Source: a phage. From it: a stretch of DNA of 64,000 bases. The stretch lies in sequence record PZ583739.1. One strand, given 5' to 3'. The translations under genes were made by a program, and so were the position numbers. Shown here piece after piece: positions 53,510 through 63,577 of the stretch. Each line of letters starts with the position of its first letter. Within the stretch, counting starts at the first letter, position 1. Below the pieces are notes generated by a model that made no database searches, was not told the origin of the DNA, and saw nothing but the letters and a program-made list of their open reading frames with translations.

Positions 53510-54147
53510 TGGAACAGAAACCAGAGTTACTAATCGAACACTGGGGTCAACCGGGCGAAATTAAAGATGGTGTACCGATGTTGGAATCTCATGATGGTTC
53601 CAGCAGCGGTTTAAAGCCAGGACTTTATATTGAAGGTATTTTCCTACAAGCTGAAGTTGTTAACCGTAATAAACGACTTTATCCTAAACATATTTTGGAA
53701 AAAGCCGTTGCGGACTATATCGCCGAACAGGTTGAAACCAAGCAGTCTCTTGGAGAATTAAACCATCCACCTCGTGCAAACGTTGACCCTATGCAGGCGG
53801 CAATTATTATCGAGGAAATGTGGTGGAAAGGGAATGATGTATATGGCCGCGCTCGTATTATTGAAGGCGACCATGGCCCAGGTGATAAACTTGCTGCGAA
53901 TATAAGAGCAGGTTGGATTCCTGGTGTATCTAGTCGTGGACTTGGTTCCCTGACTAAATCAGCAAAAGGTTATAGCATCGTTAATGAAGGTTTTAAATTG
54001 ACGGTTGGAGTAGACGCAGTATGGGGGCCAAGTGCTCCGGACGCTTGGGTCAAACCAAAGCAGATTACAGAATCACAAACGGCTGTTGCCGATACCAGTG
54101 CCGATGACGCCTTTATGGCTCTCGCAGAGGCTTTAAAGACGTTATAA
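53509..54147 (+). CDS. 21: prohead core protease gp21
   Basis: 212 aa, identical length to T4 gp21. Confidence 0.9.
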   Translation: MEQKPELLIEHWGQPGEIKDGVPMLESHDGSSSGLKPGLYIEGIFLQAEVVNRNKRLYPKHILEKAVADYIAEQVETKQSLGELNHPPRANVDPMQAAIIIEEMWWKGNDVYGRARIIEGDHGPGDKLAANIRAGWIPGVSSRGLGSLTKSAKGYSIVNEGFKLTVGVDAVWGPSAPDAWVKPKQITESQTAVADTSADDAFMALAEALKTL

Positions 54148-54150
54148 ATA
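54143..54150 (+). promoter_or_regulatory. late promoter TATAAATA (gene 22)
   Basis: Exact TATAAATA overlapping the gp21 stop. Confidence 0.5.
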
Positions 54151-54179
54151 AATGTATATCTTAACAACAGGACTACAAA

Positions 54180-54998
54180 ATGCTTAAAGAACAACTCATT
54201 GCCGAAGCTCAGAATATCGATGCTTCCGTTGCTCTCGATAGTATTTTCGAATCAGTTAATTTGTCCCCGGAAGCGAAAGCTACCTTCGGCACTGTATTCG
54301 AAGCTACCGTCAAGCAACACGCCATCAAACTGGCAGAATCTCACATTCACGCCATCGCTGAAAAAGCTGAAGAAGAAGTCGAAAAGAATAAAGAAGAATC
54401 CGACGAAAAAGCAGAGAAAAAACTGAAAGAATCTGCAGCTAAATTCCTGGACCACGTTGCTAAAGAATGGCTTGCTGAAAATAAACTGGCTGTCGACCGT
54501 GGCATTAAAGCTGACCTGTTCGAATCCATGTTCACCGGCATGAAAGAACTGTTCGTTGAGCACAACGTTGTTGTTCCGGAAGAATCTGTTGATGTTGTTG
54601 CAGAAATGCAGGAAGAACTGGCTGAACAGAAAGAAGAAACCGCTAACCTGTTCGAAGAAGTTTCTAAGCGTGATGCTTATATCAATTATGTCCAACGTGA
54701 AGTTGCGTTGACTGAAGCAACTAAAGACCTGACTGAATCTCAGAAAGAAAAAGTTGGTTCTCTGGTAGAAGGCATGGAATACTCTGATGCATTCGGTACC
54801 AAAATTGGCGCTATTGTTGAAATGGTTAAAGGTCAGGTAGAACCTACCGACAAACCAATCACCGAAGCCGCTATAAATAAAAATGTAGACGATGCTGCGG
54901 CACTGAATTACATTTCAGAAGCAGTTGAAGAAAAAGGCGCCAAGCCTACCCTGTCCTTCGCGGACTTGTCTGCTCTCGCAGCATCACGAATTTCTTAA
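54180..54998 (+). CDS. 22: prohead core scaffold protein gp22
   Basis: 272 aa helical acidic protein. Confidence 0.9.
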   Translation: MLKEQLIAEAQNIDASVALDSIFESVNLSPEAKATFGTVFEATVKQHAIKLAESHIHAIAEKAEEEVEKNKEESDEKAEKKLKESAAKFLDHVAKEWLAENKLAVDRGIKADLFESMFTGMKELFVEHNVVVPEESVDVVAEMQEELAEQKEETANLFEEVSKRDAYINYVQREVALTEATKDLTESQKEKVGSLVEGMEYSDAFGTKIGAIVEMVKGQVEPTDKPITEAAINKNVDDAAALNYISEAVEEKGAKPTLSFADLSALAASRIS

Positions 54999-55019
54999 TT
55001 TAATAAGGTTATACAACAC

Positions 55020-56579
55020 ATGAAAAAGAATGCATTAGTTCAAAAATGGTCCGCTCTGCTGGAAAACGAAGCTCTTCCGGAAATCGTTGGTGCTTCTAAA
55101 CAAGCTATCATCGCTAAAATCTTTGAAAACCAGGAACAAGATATTCTGACCGCTCCTGAATACCGTGACGAAAAAATCTCTGAAGCATTTGGTTCTTTCC
55201 TGACCGAAGCTGAAATCGGTGGTGACCATGGTTATGATGCTACCAATATTGCTGCTGGCCAGACCTCTGGTGCAGTAACTCAGATTGGGCCGGCAGTTAT
55301 GGGTATGGTTCGTCGTGCTATCCCGCATCTGATTGCGTTTGATATTTGTGGCGTACAGCCTCTGAACAACCCGACTGGCCAGGTATTTGCACTGCGTGCA
55401 GTATACGGCAAAGACCCTGTCGCTGCTGGCGCTAAAGAAGCTTTCCATCCGATGTATGCTCCGAACGCTATGTTCTCTGGTCAGGGCGCTGCTCAGACTT
55501 TTGAAGCACTGGCTGCAAGCAAAGTTCTGGAAGTTGGTAAAATTTATTCTCACTTCTTCGAAGCAACCGGTTCTGCACACTTCCAGGCTGTTGAAGCTGT
55601 AACTGTTGATGCTGCTGCTACCGATGCTGCTAAACTTGACGCTGCTGTTACCGCTCTGGTTGAAGCTGGTCAGCTGGCTGAACTGGCTGAAGGTATGGCT
55701 ACCTCCATCGCCGAACTGCAAGAAGGTTTTAACGGTTCCCAGGATAACCCGTGGAACGAAATGGGCTTCCGCATCGACAAACAAGTTATCGAAGCTAAAT
55801 CCCGTCAGCTGAAAGCAAGCTACTCCATCGAACTGGCACAGGACCTCCGCGCTGTTCACGGTATGGATGCTGATGCCGAATTGAGTGGTATTCTGGCTAC
55901 CGAAATTATGCTGGAAATCAACCGCGAAGTTATCGATTGGATTAACTACTCCGCACAGGTTGGTAAATCTGGTATGACCAACACCGTTGGCGCTAAAGCT
56001 GGTGTGTTTGACTTCCAGGACCCGATTGATATCCGTGGTGCTCGTTGGGCTGGTGAAAGCTTCAAAGCTTTACTGTTCCAGATTGATAAAGAAGCCGCTG
56101 AAATCGCTCGTCAGACCGGTCGTGGTGCAGGTAACTTCATCATCGCTTCCCGTAACGTAGTTAACGTGCTGGCTGCTGTTGATACTTCTGTTAGTTATGC
56201 TGCTCAGGGTCTGGGTAAAGGTTTCAACGTTGACACCACTAAAGCTGTGTTCGCTGGTGTTCTGGGTGGCAAATACCGTGTCTATATCGACCAGTATGCT
56301 CGTGCAGATTACTTCACCATCGGTTACAAAGGCGCTAACGAAATGGATGCTGGTATCTACTACGCACCATATGTTGCACTGACCCCGCTGCGTGGTTCTG
56401 ACCCGAAAAACTTCCAGCCGGTTATGGGCTTCAAAACCCGTTACGGTATCGGTATCAACCCGTTTGCTGACCCTGCTGCTCAGGCTCCGACCAAGCGCAT
56501 TCAGAACGGCATGCCGGACATCGTTAACAGCCTTGGCTTGAACGGTTACTTCCGCCGCGTATATGTTAAAGGAATTTAA
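55020..56579 (+). CDS. 23: major capsid protein gp23
   Basis: Long stretches identical to T4 gp23 (AEIGGDHGYDATNIAAGQTSGAVTQIGPAVMGMVRRAIP...). Confidence 0.97.
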   Translation: MKKNALVQKWSALLENEALPEIVGASKQAIIAKIFENQEQDILTAPEYRDEKISEAFGSFLTEAEIGGDHGYDATNIAAGQTSGAVTQIGPAVMGMVRRAIPHLIAFDICGVQPLNNPTGQVFALRAVYGKDPVAAGAKEAFHPMYAPNAMFSGQGAAQTFEALAASKVLEVGKIYSHFFEATGSAHFQAVEAVTVDAAATDAAKLDAAVTALVEAGQLAELAEGMATSIAELQEGFNGSQDNPWNEMGFRIDKQVIEAKSRQLKASYSIELAQDLRAVHGMDADAELSGILATEIMLEINREVIDWINYSAQVGKSGMTNTVGAKAGVFDFQDPIDIRGARWAGESFKALLFQIDKEAAEIARQTGRGAGNFIIASRNVVNVLAAVDTSVSYAAQGLGKGFNVDTTKAVFAGVLGGKYRVYIDQYARADYFTIGYKGANEMDAGIYYAPYVALTPLRGSDPKNFQPVMGFKTRYGIGINPFADPAAQAPTKRIQNGMPDIVNSLGLNGYFRRVYVKGI

Positions 56580-56600
56580 TCCTAGATTAAGTTAAATAAA

Positions 56601-56630
56601 AAGGGACCCTTGAGGTCCCTTTCTTGTTTT
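56601..56630 (+). terminator. hairpin terminator after gp23
   Basis: gggacccttgaggtccc followed by a T-rich run. Confidence 0.6.
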
Positions 56631-56911
56631 CATACCATACCATTTAAATGAACTTCTACCCGGCGCTTGATGAGGTCTCTGAAGTTAACATTGTTTTCTT
56701 GAAGTTTCAACCAGTTACCATTTTTATCTTTAGTGTGAGTAGAATAATTACCATTCCACCAGAAATCAGTGTCATATGCTAAGTTTTCATATTTTTTAAC
56801 TAGTTTGTTCAGAGCATTACCATTAACACCATTTGGGTATTTGTTGACCAAGGCAATAACTTCAATTTCCAGATTTTTAAAGGTGTTCAGAAGGAAAGTT
56901 GCTTTGTTCAT
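56630..56911 (-). CDS. hypothetical protein (93 aa) inserted between 23 and 24
   Basis: Minus-strand ORF with its own early promoter/leader cassette. Confidence 0.45.
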   Translation of the reverse strand: MNKATFLLNTFKNLEIEVIALVNKYPNGVNGNALNKLVKKYENLAYDTDFWWNGNYSTHTKDKNGNWLKLQENNVNFRDLIKRRVEVHLNGMV

Positions 56912-56952
56912 TTTTAAACTCCAGGTTTTGTTTGTTAACTCAGTATGGAATC

Positions 56953-56982
56953 ATTATGTCTTATCTTAATCTGGTTGTAAAC
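56953..56982 (-). promoter_or_regulatory. early promoter (GTTTACA -35, 17 nt spacer, CATAAT -10)
   Basis: Read on the minus strand; followed by the conserved leader gattccatactgagttaacaaac. Confidence 0.45.
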
Positions 56983-56988
56983 AACTTT

Positions 56989-56996
56989 TATAAATA
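56989..56996 (+). promoter_or_regulatory. late promoter TATAAATA (gene 24)
   Basis: Exact TATAAATA about 26 nt upstream of the gp24 start. Confidence 0.5.
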
Positions 56997-57021
56997 AAGT
57001 ATATCACAAAAGGAAATAGCA

Positions 57022-58302
57022 ATGGCTAAAATTAACGAACTCTTAAAAGAGTCGACCACGACCACAAGTTCTTCGATTGGTCGACCGAATCTAGTAGCTT
57101 TAACCAGAGCTACGACTAAACTGATTTACACCGATTTAGTAGCACAACAGCGCACATCCCAGCCACTGGCGGCATTATACGGTCTTAAATACCTGACTCA
57201 GCAAGATGAATTATCTTTCCAGACTGGTGCAACCTATTCTGGTGCAGTATCAGCAAAAGACCGTGCGACCATTCCGGTTTTTGTTGCTGGCACAGTTTAT
57301 GCTAAAGACGATTTGTTCCAGTTTGAAAATGTAGTTTATAAAGCGCTGGTAGCAACTCCATTTGCTGGAGCAACGGGCGATGAGTATGACCAGCTTCAAG
57401 AAGCGATGGTTAAATTGACCATCCGTATTATGTCCGAAGCTGCAATCACCGAACGTTTTGAAGGACCGCAGGAAGTCGAAATTGCCGAAGCTAAATTTTT
57501 GGTTAACAAATGGAATGCTCCGGTTAAATCTCGTAAGCTGAAAAGCACTGTTACAGTGGAACTGGCCCAGGACCTGGAAGCAAACGGTTTTGACGCTCCA
57601 AACTTCCTGGAAGACCTGTTAGCTACCGAAATGGCTGATGAAATTAACAAAGATATCCTGCAATCCCTGGTAACAGTTTCCAAGCGTTATAAAGTTGCTG
57701 GGCTCTGTGATGATGGCCTGATTGACCTGTCTTATACCAACTCTCCGGAAGCTTCACGCAAGTTGTACGAAATCATGTGTGAGATGGTCTCCCATATTCA
57801 GCGGGCAACTTCTTACACCGCAACATACGTTGTTGCTTCTACGCGTGTAGCTGCAGTTTTGGCTGGTTCCGGTTGGTTGAAGCATCGTCCACAAGATGAG
57901 AAATATCTCTCCGATAATGCGTATGGTTTCTTGGATAATGGTCTACCGCTTTATTGCGATACGAACACTCCATTTGATTATGTGACTGTTGGTGTTAAAG
58001 AAGATTTCGGTGGGAAAGAGATGGTGGGTTCACTGTTTTATGCACCTTATACCGAAGGTCTTGACCTGGAAGACCCTGAACATGTTGGTTCGTTCAAAGT
58101 TGTCGTTGACCCAGAAAGTTTGCAGCCGTCTATTGCATTAATGGTTCGTTATGCGTTAGCAGCTAACCCTTATACAGTGACTGCTGATGATAAACAAGCT
58201 CGTATTATTGATGCAACAAATATGGATTTGATGGCAGGACGTTCAGATATGTCTGTACTGCTTGGTGTGAAACTTCCTAAAGTTCTGACTGAAATAAATT
58301 AA
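57022..58302 (+). CDS. 24: capsid vertex protein gp24
   Basis: 426 aa; gp23 paralog. Confidence 0.92.
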   Translation: MAKINELLKESTTTTSSSIGRPNLVALTRATTKLIYTDLVAQQRTSQPLAALYGLKYLTQQDELSFQTGATYSGAVSAKDRATIPVFVAGTVYAKDDLFQFENVVYKALVATPFAGATGDEYDQLQEAMVKLTIRIMSEAAITERFEGPQEVEIAEAKFLVNKWNAPVKSRKLKSTVTVELAQDLEANGFDAPNFLEDLLATEMADEINKDILQSLVTVSKRYKVAGLCDDGLIDLSYTNSPEASRKLYEIMCEMVSHIQRATSYTATYVVASTRVAAVLAGSGWLKHRPQDEKYLSDNAYGFLDNGLPLYCDTNTPFDYVTVGVKEDFGGKEMVGSLFYAPYTEGLDLEDPEHVGSFKVVVDPESLQPSIALMVRYALAANPYTVTADDKQARIIDATNMDLMAGRSDMSVLLGVKLPKVLTEIN

Positions 58303-58330
58303 AAAGGGACCTTCGGGTCCCTTTATTTTT
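58300..58330. terminator. bidirectional hairpin terminator between gp24 and rnlB
   Basis: aaaaagggaccttcgggtccctttatttt between convergent genes. Confidence 0.6.
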
Positions 58331-59336
58331 ATTCACTAACTAATGCAATCCAAACATGTCTTAATGTTTCTCTTACATTTGTGATGAGTTGCTTTTTAAC
58401 TTCAACAGGATTTTCCGTCAGGGACAATTCAAGACCTTCGCGCCCCGCTTCTTCCAGAATATCTTGGACTGTTAACCCCATTACCTTTCCAAAATCCTTC
58501 GGTGTTACTTCCCCAATTTTACTGATAACATTGTTGATACGGTTAACAGTCACATAATCAGTGAAATTCCACAGTAAATCCATATCATTTTGGCTCAGAA
58601 CCACTGCAGCCTTAATAGGCTTATCAGACTTTTTCTTTTCACTGAATTTAGAGTTCTTACATTTAATCGCTACACGCTCGCCGTTAGGTAACCATGCAGG
58701 AACATCAGGTTTTAATACAAATCCTTCAGCAGTGAATACTTTACCTTCCGCCTTTGCATCAAAATCAGTGGTATTTGCTGTAGTCAAACCTGTGTTATCC
58801 ACTGTAAAATTGTAATCAGGGACAACAGAATCCAGGTCATTAGGGAGCTTAATTAATTCTTCAAAACTACCTGTAGCCAGGCGCGGTGCAACCTTAAACT
58901 TATGGATAATACAGAATGCTTCCATCAAGGTGTCAGTCAGGACGGATTCAAAACCATCTTCTTTAGTAACGCGGATATCAAATACATAAAAATCTTTATC
59001 ACCGTAATCCACATTCTTCTGGATACCTGCCCCGGCAAACTCACCATAAATCTGGTATGCCTGGTAATTAATATCCTGCAAAAGTTTCTGCACAGATTTA
59101 ATAGAATCAGCATAATTCTTTAATACAATTTCATAACCATAGAAATCTTCTGCAGGCAGGATAGGTCCAGTGCGTTTCGCACATGTCACATTGTCTTGTT
59201 CAATGATTAATGAAAAGTTGGTACCATGAATCTTCTCGCGAGCTACCCATTCACCGCTGGTGAAGCCTTGCAGGCGAATCTTTTCAATGAACTTGTTGTT
59301 ATAGTGATTTTCAAGGCTGTTGTATTTCTTAAACAT
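58329..59336 (-). CDS. rnlB: RNA ligase 2
   Basis: [19 protein letters not shown]...[13 protein letters not shown] with the KxHGxN ligase motif; matches T4 Rnl2. Confidence 0.9.
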   Translation of the reverse strand: MFKKYNSLENHYNNKFIEKIRLQGFTSGEWVAREKIHGTNFSLIIEQDNVTCAKRTGPILPAEDFYGYEIVLKNYADSIKSVQKLLQDINYQAYQIYGEFAGAGIQKNVDYGDKDFYVFDIRVTKEDGFESVLTDTLMEAFCIIHKFKVAPRLATGSFEELIKLPNDLDSVVPDYNFTVDNTGLTTANTTDFDAKAEGKVFTAEGFVLKPDVPAWLPNGERVAIKCKNSKFSEKKKSDKPIKAAVVLSQNDMDLLWNFTDYVTVNRINNVISKIGEVTPKDFGKVMGLTVQDILEEAGREGLELSLTENPVEVKKQLITNVRETLRHVWIALVSE

Positions 59337-59434
59337 AATCTCTCACTTTTGATGTTATAAATATCATTATAAATTAGACCCATTATACTTTCTTTCTCTG
59401 AAAGGAATTAATAGTCACAAAGGGGTCTAGAACC

Positions 59435-59461
59435 ATTATACCACAATTTTATTTGAAGCAA
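59435..59461 (-). promoter_or_regulatory. putative middle promoter (MotA box TTGCTTCA plus TATAAT)
   Basis: Minus strand reads tTTGCTTCA, 13 nt, TATAAT upstream of rnlB. Confidence 0.35.
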
Positions 59462-59467
59462 AAAGGG

Positions 59468-59731
59468 TCAGAATTTTACATACAGCATTGGCTTGGCTTC
59501 TTGCCAATCATAATTCCAGGTAAATGATGTAAATTTTTCTGCTCGCAGAAAATCAGATATCTTCGCGCGGTTTCCTTCTTCATACTCTTTTTCAGAAACT
59601 GCCATATTAACAGCATCTTTGCCATTCTCGGCGGCGGCAATAGCCACTTTGCGAAATATAGCAATAAAGTCATTTGCAACTTTATCTTGGGATTCTTTTG
59701 CGATTTGACGTAGTTCTTCTGCGAATGTCAT
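59468..59731 (-). CDS. hypothetical protein (87 aa)
   Basis: ORF upstream of rnlB. Confidence 0.4.
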   Translation of the reverse strand: MTFAEELRQIAKESQDKVANDFIAIFRKVAIAAAENGKDAVNMAVSEKEYEEGNRAKISDFLRAEKFTSFTWNYDWQEAKPMLYVKF

Positions 59732-59931
59732 TTCTTCACCTTTTTGTTATTCAAACGTTTACGATAAACAATCTTTTCTTTTGCTTTAAATTTAGCTTTG
59801 GCCTGTTCTACATCAACCCAGGCCTTTGCCATCTCTTTAGCAGTCCCGCCTAATACCTTGGCAATTTCAATAAATGTCATGCCAGATTCATGCAGAAAAT
59901 GTACTTTAACCTTATCCATAATGATTCTCAT
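59728..59931 (-). CDS. hypothetical basic protein (67 aa), possible HTH
   Basis: Overlaps the downstream gene by 4 nt. Confidence 0.4.
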   Translation of the reverse strand: MRIIMDKVKVHFLHESGMTFIEIAKVLGGTAKEMAKAWVDVEQAKAKFKAKEKIVYRKRLNNKKVKK

Positions 59932-60015
59932 GTTGAGTTAGTGAAGCTATCTTAACATGGAATTTTTAACTTGTAAACAGGGTTTTTATGCCAGGCGACG
60001 TTTGTACAGTACCAT

Positions 60016-60045
60016 AAAAACAAAGGGACCCGAAGGTCCCTTTTT
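60016..60045 (-). terminator. hairpin terminator after hoc
   Basis: gggacccgaaggtccc flanked by A and T runs. Confidence 0.55.
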
Positions 60046-60047
60046 AA

Positions 60048-60896
60048 TTAATAAACGTAATCGTATATAATACCAGCTTCTAAAGCGGTGCGATGAATAA
60101 TTCGACCATTACGAGATTCCTGTACATCAACCTCTGGATAGTCGGTAATCATTTTTTGAAGTGTATATCGGTGCAAATAATACGGGCTATCTGGAGCATC
60201 AGTTTTCCAGTCTTGCCCAGCAAGAGTCATTTTCTGAATTTCGTCCATAACCCACCAACCACACCAGATATAAGCTGAATTACGAACTGGCAGCGGATGA
60301 ACGTAAGGTAGTTCGCCCTCTGGTTCAGGAGCTACTTTAGCCGTGACTGTTACATTACCAGTTTTTGTAACGGTTACAGGGTTATAATCAGTCGCAGATA
60401 CAACAACAGAAACTTCAATTACCTGGGAACCTTCGGTGCTTGTATCGATTGCTAGAGTATCCGTGGTGCCAACTACAGGAGAACCGTCTTTCTTCCATGA
60501 ATATGCAAAAGTAGCTCCACTCGGTGCGCCAACTACATCTGCTTTAAATGAAGCTAGGGTGTCTTCCGGAACATTAATTGATTCTGGGGTTAATGTCACA
60601 GAAACACCAGACATTGTTTTATTCTGGATAGTTAAAGTTGTTTCGGCTTCAGCTGTTTCTGGTTCGCCGTCCGCTGGTGTAGTTGTTGCAACAACTTTAA
60701 TAGTCTTACTGCCTGCTGGACCAACAGCAACATAATCCATTGCAGCAGTCACAGAAGATTGAGGAACGCCATCAACGGTCCAGACAAATGATTCGGTACC
60801 TTCAGCTGCAGCACCGGAACCGGTCGCAGTGAAATTGGTTGTTGCTCCAATAACGGCCGTAGCCGCCAAAGGAGCAATAGTTACGGTATAAGCCAT
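60048..60896 (-). CDS. hoc: Hoc-like outer capsid protein (Ig-like domains)
   Basis: Beta-rich T/V/S repeats typical of Ig-like domains; position next to inh as in T4. Confidence 0.65.
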   Translation of the reverse strand: MAYTVTIAPLAATAVIGATTNFTATGSGAAAEGTESFVWTVDGVPQSSVTAAMDYVAVGPAGSKTIKVVATTTPADGEPETAEAETTLTIQNKTMSGVSVTLTPESINVPEDTLASFKADVVGAPSGATFAYSWKKDGSPVVGTTDTLAIDTSTEGSQVIEVSVVVSATDYNPVTVTKTGNVTVTAKVAPEPEGELPYVHPLPVRNSAYIWCGWWVMDEIQKMTLAGQDWKTDAPDSPYYLHRYTLQKMITDYPEVDVQESRNGRIIHRTALEAGIIYDYVY

Positions 60897-60905
60897 AATA
60901 AACCC

Positions 60906-61571
60906 TTATTTTAAAGTGACAAAAGATGAGTTACGAGTTTCTCGTACTAGAACAGACCCATTACGATTGATGTAATAAATCAAACTGAATAGAGTTTGGT
61001 GTGCGGTGGGATGTGGGAAAGCAGTTGGACGTTCTTTCCAATCTGGAGTCTCGGCAATCCACTGATAAATCCACCATGGAACAGTACAGAATCCAGGGTT
61101 CTTACCAATAAGCATAAGATTTGGACTAAAGTTTTTTGGCAGAGCAAATACAGGTTTTTCAGATTCGATAACCTTAGCAACAGCAGCTTCGAACTTTTCT
61201 TCGACAAAAGGAACATCTTCTTCAACCACAACAACTGGTTCTTCGATTTCAACAACTTCAACCTTTGCTTCGGTTGGAGCATCAAATAAGAGTTTAGCTT
61301 CTTCTTTAGCTGACTCATCGCCATCAAATTTAGCACCTGACAATTCATCATCGGCATCGATAAGGTCAGTGATGCTCAGGCCTTCATTATCATCAGGCAT
61401 AGGCATGTCAGCAAATGCTTTAAGTCCTGCTTCCAGGTCAGCCAACATATTATCAAAGGTTTTTGTTTTCTTAACATCAACACCAAGTGATGCTGCATAT
61501 TCGGCTAATTTTTCTTTGGCTTCTTTTTTCTCGAGGACACGAATTTCCTCAATGTAGTTCTTGTCAATCAT
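60906..61571 (-). CDS. inh: Inh, inhibitor of prohead protease
   Basis: 221 aa; position between hoc and uvsW as in T4. Confidence 0.6.
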   Translation of the reverse strand: MIDKNYIEEIRVLEKKEAKEKLAEYAASLGVDVKKTKTFDNMLADLEAGLKAFADMPMPDDNEGLSITDLIDADDELSGAKFDGDESAKEEAKLLFDAPTEAKVEVVEIEEPVVVVEEDVPFVEEKFEAAVAKVIESEKPVFALPKNFSPNLMLIGKNPGFCTVPWWIYQWIAETPDWKERPTAFPHPTAHQTLFSLIYYINRNGSVLVRETRNSSFVTLK

Positions 61572-61589
61572 GATGAACCTCGGTTAGTG

Positions 61590-61597
61590 TATAAATA
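61590..61597 (+). promoter_or_regulatory. late promoter TATAAATA (uvsW)
   Basis: Exact TATAAATA about 29 nt upstream of the uvsW ATG. Confidence 0.5.
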
Positions 61598-61625
61598 TAG
61601 ATATATTTATTACCTTGGAATCATC

Positions 61626-63125
61626 ATGGATATTAAAATCAACTTTCTAAATTTTAGTCACGTGCATGTTGAATGTGAAGATGGAATCTTCTACGAACTC
61701 CGTGATTACTTCAGCTTCGAAGCTGAAAACTATCGCTTCAATCCAAAGTTCAAGCAGGGAGTTTGGGACGGACGAATCCGCCTCCTGGATTACAATCGTA
61801 AATTACCATACGGTTTGGTTAATCAAATTAAAAAGTTCGCTGACCAGTTTGGCTATTCATTCTGGATTGACCCGCAAATCACCGAGAAAGAAGAAATCTC
61901 TCGCGAAGAATTCAACAAATGGGTTGAGTCAAAAGAAATCTATTCAGGCAATACCAAGATAACTCCTCATTGGTATCAATCTGACGCCGTATATGATGGT
62001 CTGGTCAACAGAAGAAAGATTCTGAACTTACCTACGTCTGCAGGTAAAAGCCTCATCCAGGCGCTTCTGGCGCGATATTATCTCGAGAACTATGAAGGCA
62101 AGGTGCTTATCCTTGTTCCTACAACTGCGCTTGTTGACCAGATGATTAATGACTTTGTTGATTATCGGCTTTTCCCTCGTGCAGCTTGTCTGGGTATTCG
62201 TTCCGGGACTAAACGCGATTCTGATGCGATGATTTATGTATCGACTTATCAGACGGCTGTAAAACAACCTAAAGAATGGTTTGAACAGTTTGGCCAGTTT
62301 ATGAATGACGAATGCCACATGGCTACAGGTAAATCGATTTCGACGGTTATCGAAGGCCTTACGAATTGCATGTTTAAATTTGGTCTGTCAGGTTCACTCC
62401 GTGATGGCAAAGCCAACCTTATGCAATATATGGGTCTGTTTGGTGATATCTTTAAACCAGTATCAACATCTAAATTAATGGAAGATGGCCAGGTTACTGA
62501 CCTTAAAATAAATAGTATTTTCCTTCGTTACCCTGATGAATTCACCGTTAAAATGAAAGGTAAAACTTATCAGGATGAAATCAAGGTAATTACAAAAGCT
62601 ACACGCAGAAATAAATGGGTAACAAACCTTGCCCTCAAGCTTTCTAAAAAAGATGAAAACGTCTTTTTGATGTTTAAGAATATCGAGCACGGTAAATCGA
62701 TGTTTGAAATGATTAAGGAAGCTGGTCATGAAAAAGTGTATTATGTTTCTGGGGAAGTCGATACCGAAACTCGTAATGCTCTGAAGGTCATGGCAGAGAA
62801 TGGAAAGGGAATTATTGTTGTAGCTTCATATGGTGTATTCTCGACGGGGATTTCCGTTAAAAACCTCCATCATATTATTTTCGCTCACCCAGTCAAGTCA
62901 AAGGTAATTGTACTCCAGACAATTGGTCGTGTGCTTCGAAAACATGAATCCAAATCGACCGCAAACGTGTGGGACATTGTGGATGATATGGGGGTCAAAC
63001 CCAAATCAGCAAACGCTAAAAAGAAATATGTTCATATTAACTTTGCGCTTAAACATGCACTAGAACGTATTCAGCGGTATGCAGACGAAAAATTCAATTA
63101 TGTAATTAAACAGGTGGAAATATAA
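61626..63125 (+). CDS. uvsW: UvsW DNA/RNA helicase
   Basis: MDIKINFLNFSHV...LPTSAGKSLIQALLARYY...DECH closely matches T4 UvsW. Confidence 0.95.
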   Translation: MDIKINFLNFSHVHVECEDGIFYELRDYFSFEAENYRFNPKFKQGVWDGRIRLLDYNRKLPYGLVNQIKKFADQFGYSFWIDPQITEKEEISREEFNKWVESKEIYSGNTKITPHWYQSDAVYDGLVNRRKILNLPTSAGKSLIQALLARYYLENYEGKVLILVPTTALVDQMINDFVDYRLFPRAACLGIRSGTKRDSDAMIYVSTYQTAVKQPKEWFEQFGQFMNDECHMATGKSISTVIEGLTNCMFKFGLSGSLRDGKANLMQYMGLFGDIFKPVSTSKLMEDGQVTDLKINSIFLRYPDEFTVKMKGKTYQDEIKVITKATRRNKWVTNLALKLSKKDENVFLMFKNIEHGKSMFEMIKEAGHEKVYYVSGEVDTETRNALKVMAENGKGIIVVASYGVFSTGISVKNLHHIIFAHPVKSKVIVLQTIGRVLRKHESKSTANVWDIVDDMGVKPKSANAKKKYVHINFALKHALERIQRYADEKFNYVIKQVEI

Positions 63126-63352
63126 TGAAATCCTTCGAAGAAATTATGTACGAAGCATCAATTGAAGGCTTTATGGCTAAGATTGGTTCCTGTCAGACCA
63201 TGGACGGTCTGAAGGAGTTGGAAGGCTATTATAAGAAACGCAGCAAAGAAGCTGAACTGAAAGATTCCGATGATATCAGTGTTCGCGATGCTCTTGCCGG
63301 TAAACGCGCCGAGCTTGAGGATATGGACGACGAAGAAGACGAAGATTTCTAA
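63125..63352 (+). CDS. uvsW.1: UvsW.1 small acidic protein
   Basis: 75 aa directly following uvsW. Confidence 0.75.
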   Translation: MKSFEEIMYEASIEGFMAKIGSCQTMDGLKELEGYYKKRSKEAELKDSDDISVRDALAGKRAELEDMDDEEDEDF

Positions 63353-63383
63353 ATAAAAAGGCCCCAACCAAAAGGAAGGGGCA
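63353..63383 (-). terminator. hairpin terminator (minus-strand sense)
   Basis: gcccc...ggggc stem with a plus-strand A-run (minus U-run), downstream of the small minus gene. Confidence 0.45.
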
Positions 63384-63409
63384 AAACCAAAAATGGTTAA
63401 CAACACTAG

Positions 63410-63577
63410 CTAAATTAAAAGTTGGGTCTCGTTCAGTTGCTCTTCTGTATTTTCCGTAACTGGCAAACTCTGAACATAATTATAACAGGCGCCCGGATGC
63501 ACCGGACCTTGGTCTGTATCCACAACCAATGCAGAATCGATTGGAGTTTTACAGACAACACAAATCTTATCTGACAT
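63410..63577 (-). CDS. small zinc-ribbon-like protein (55 aa, hand-translated)
   Basis: Not in the ORF track; GAGGAGA RBS; MSDKICVVCKTP...HPGACYNYV. Confidence 0.35.
   Translation of the reverse strand: MSDKICVVCKTPIDSALVVDTDQGPVHPGACYNYVQSLPVTENTEEQLNETQLLI

Noticed and set aside
55035-55859. 274 aa ORF on the minus strand
   Set aside because: Entirely antisense to gp23, whose identity is unambiguous; it is a codon-bias artifact.
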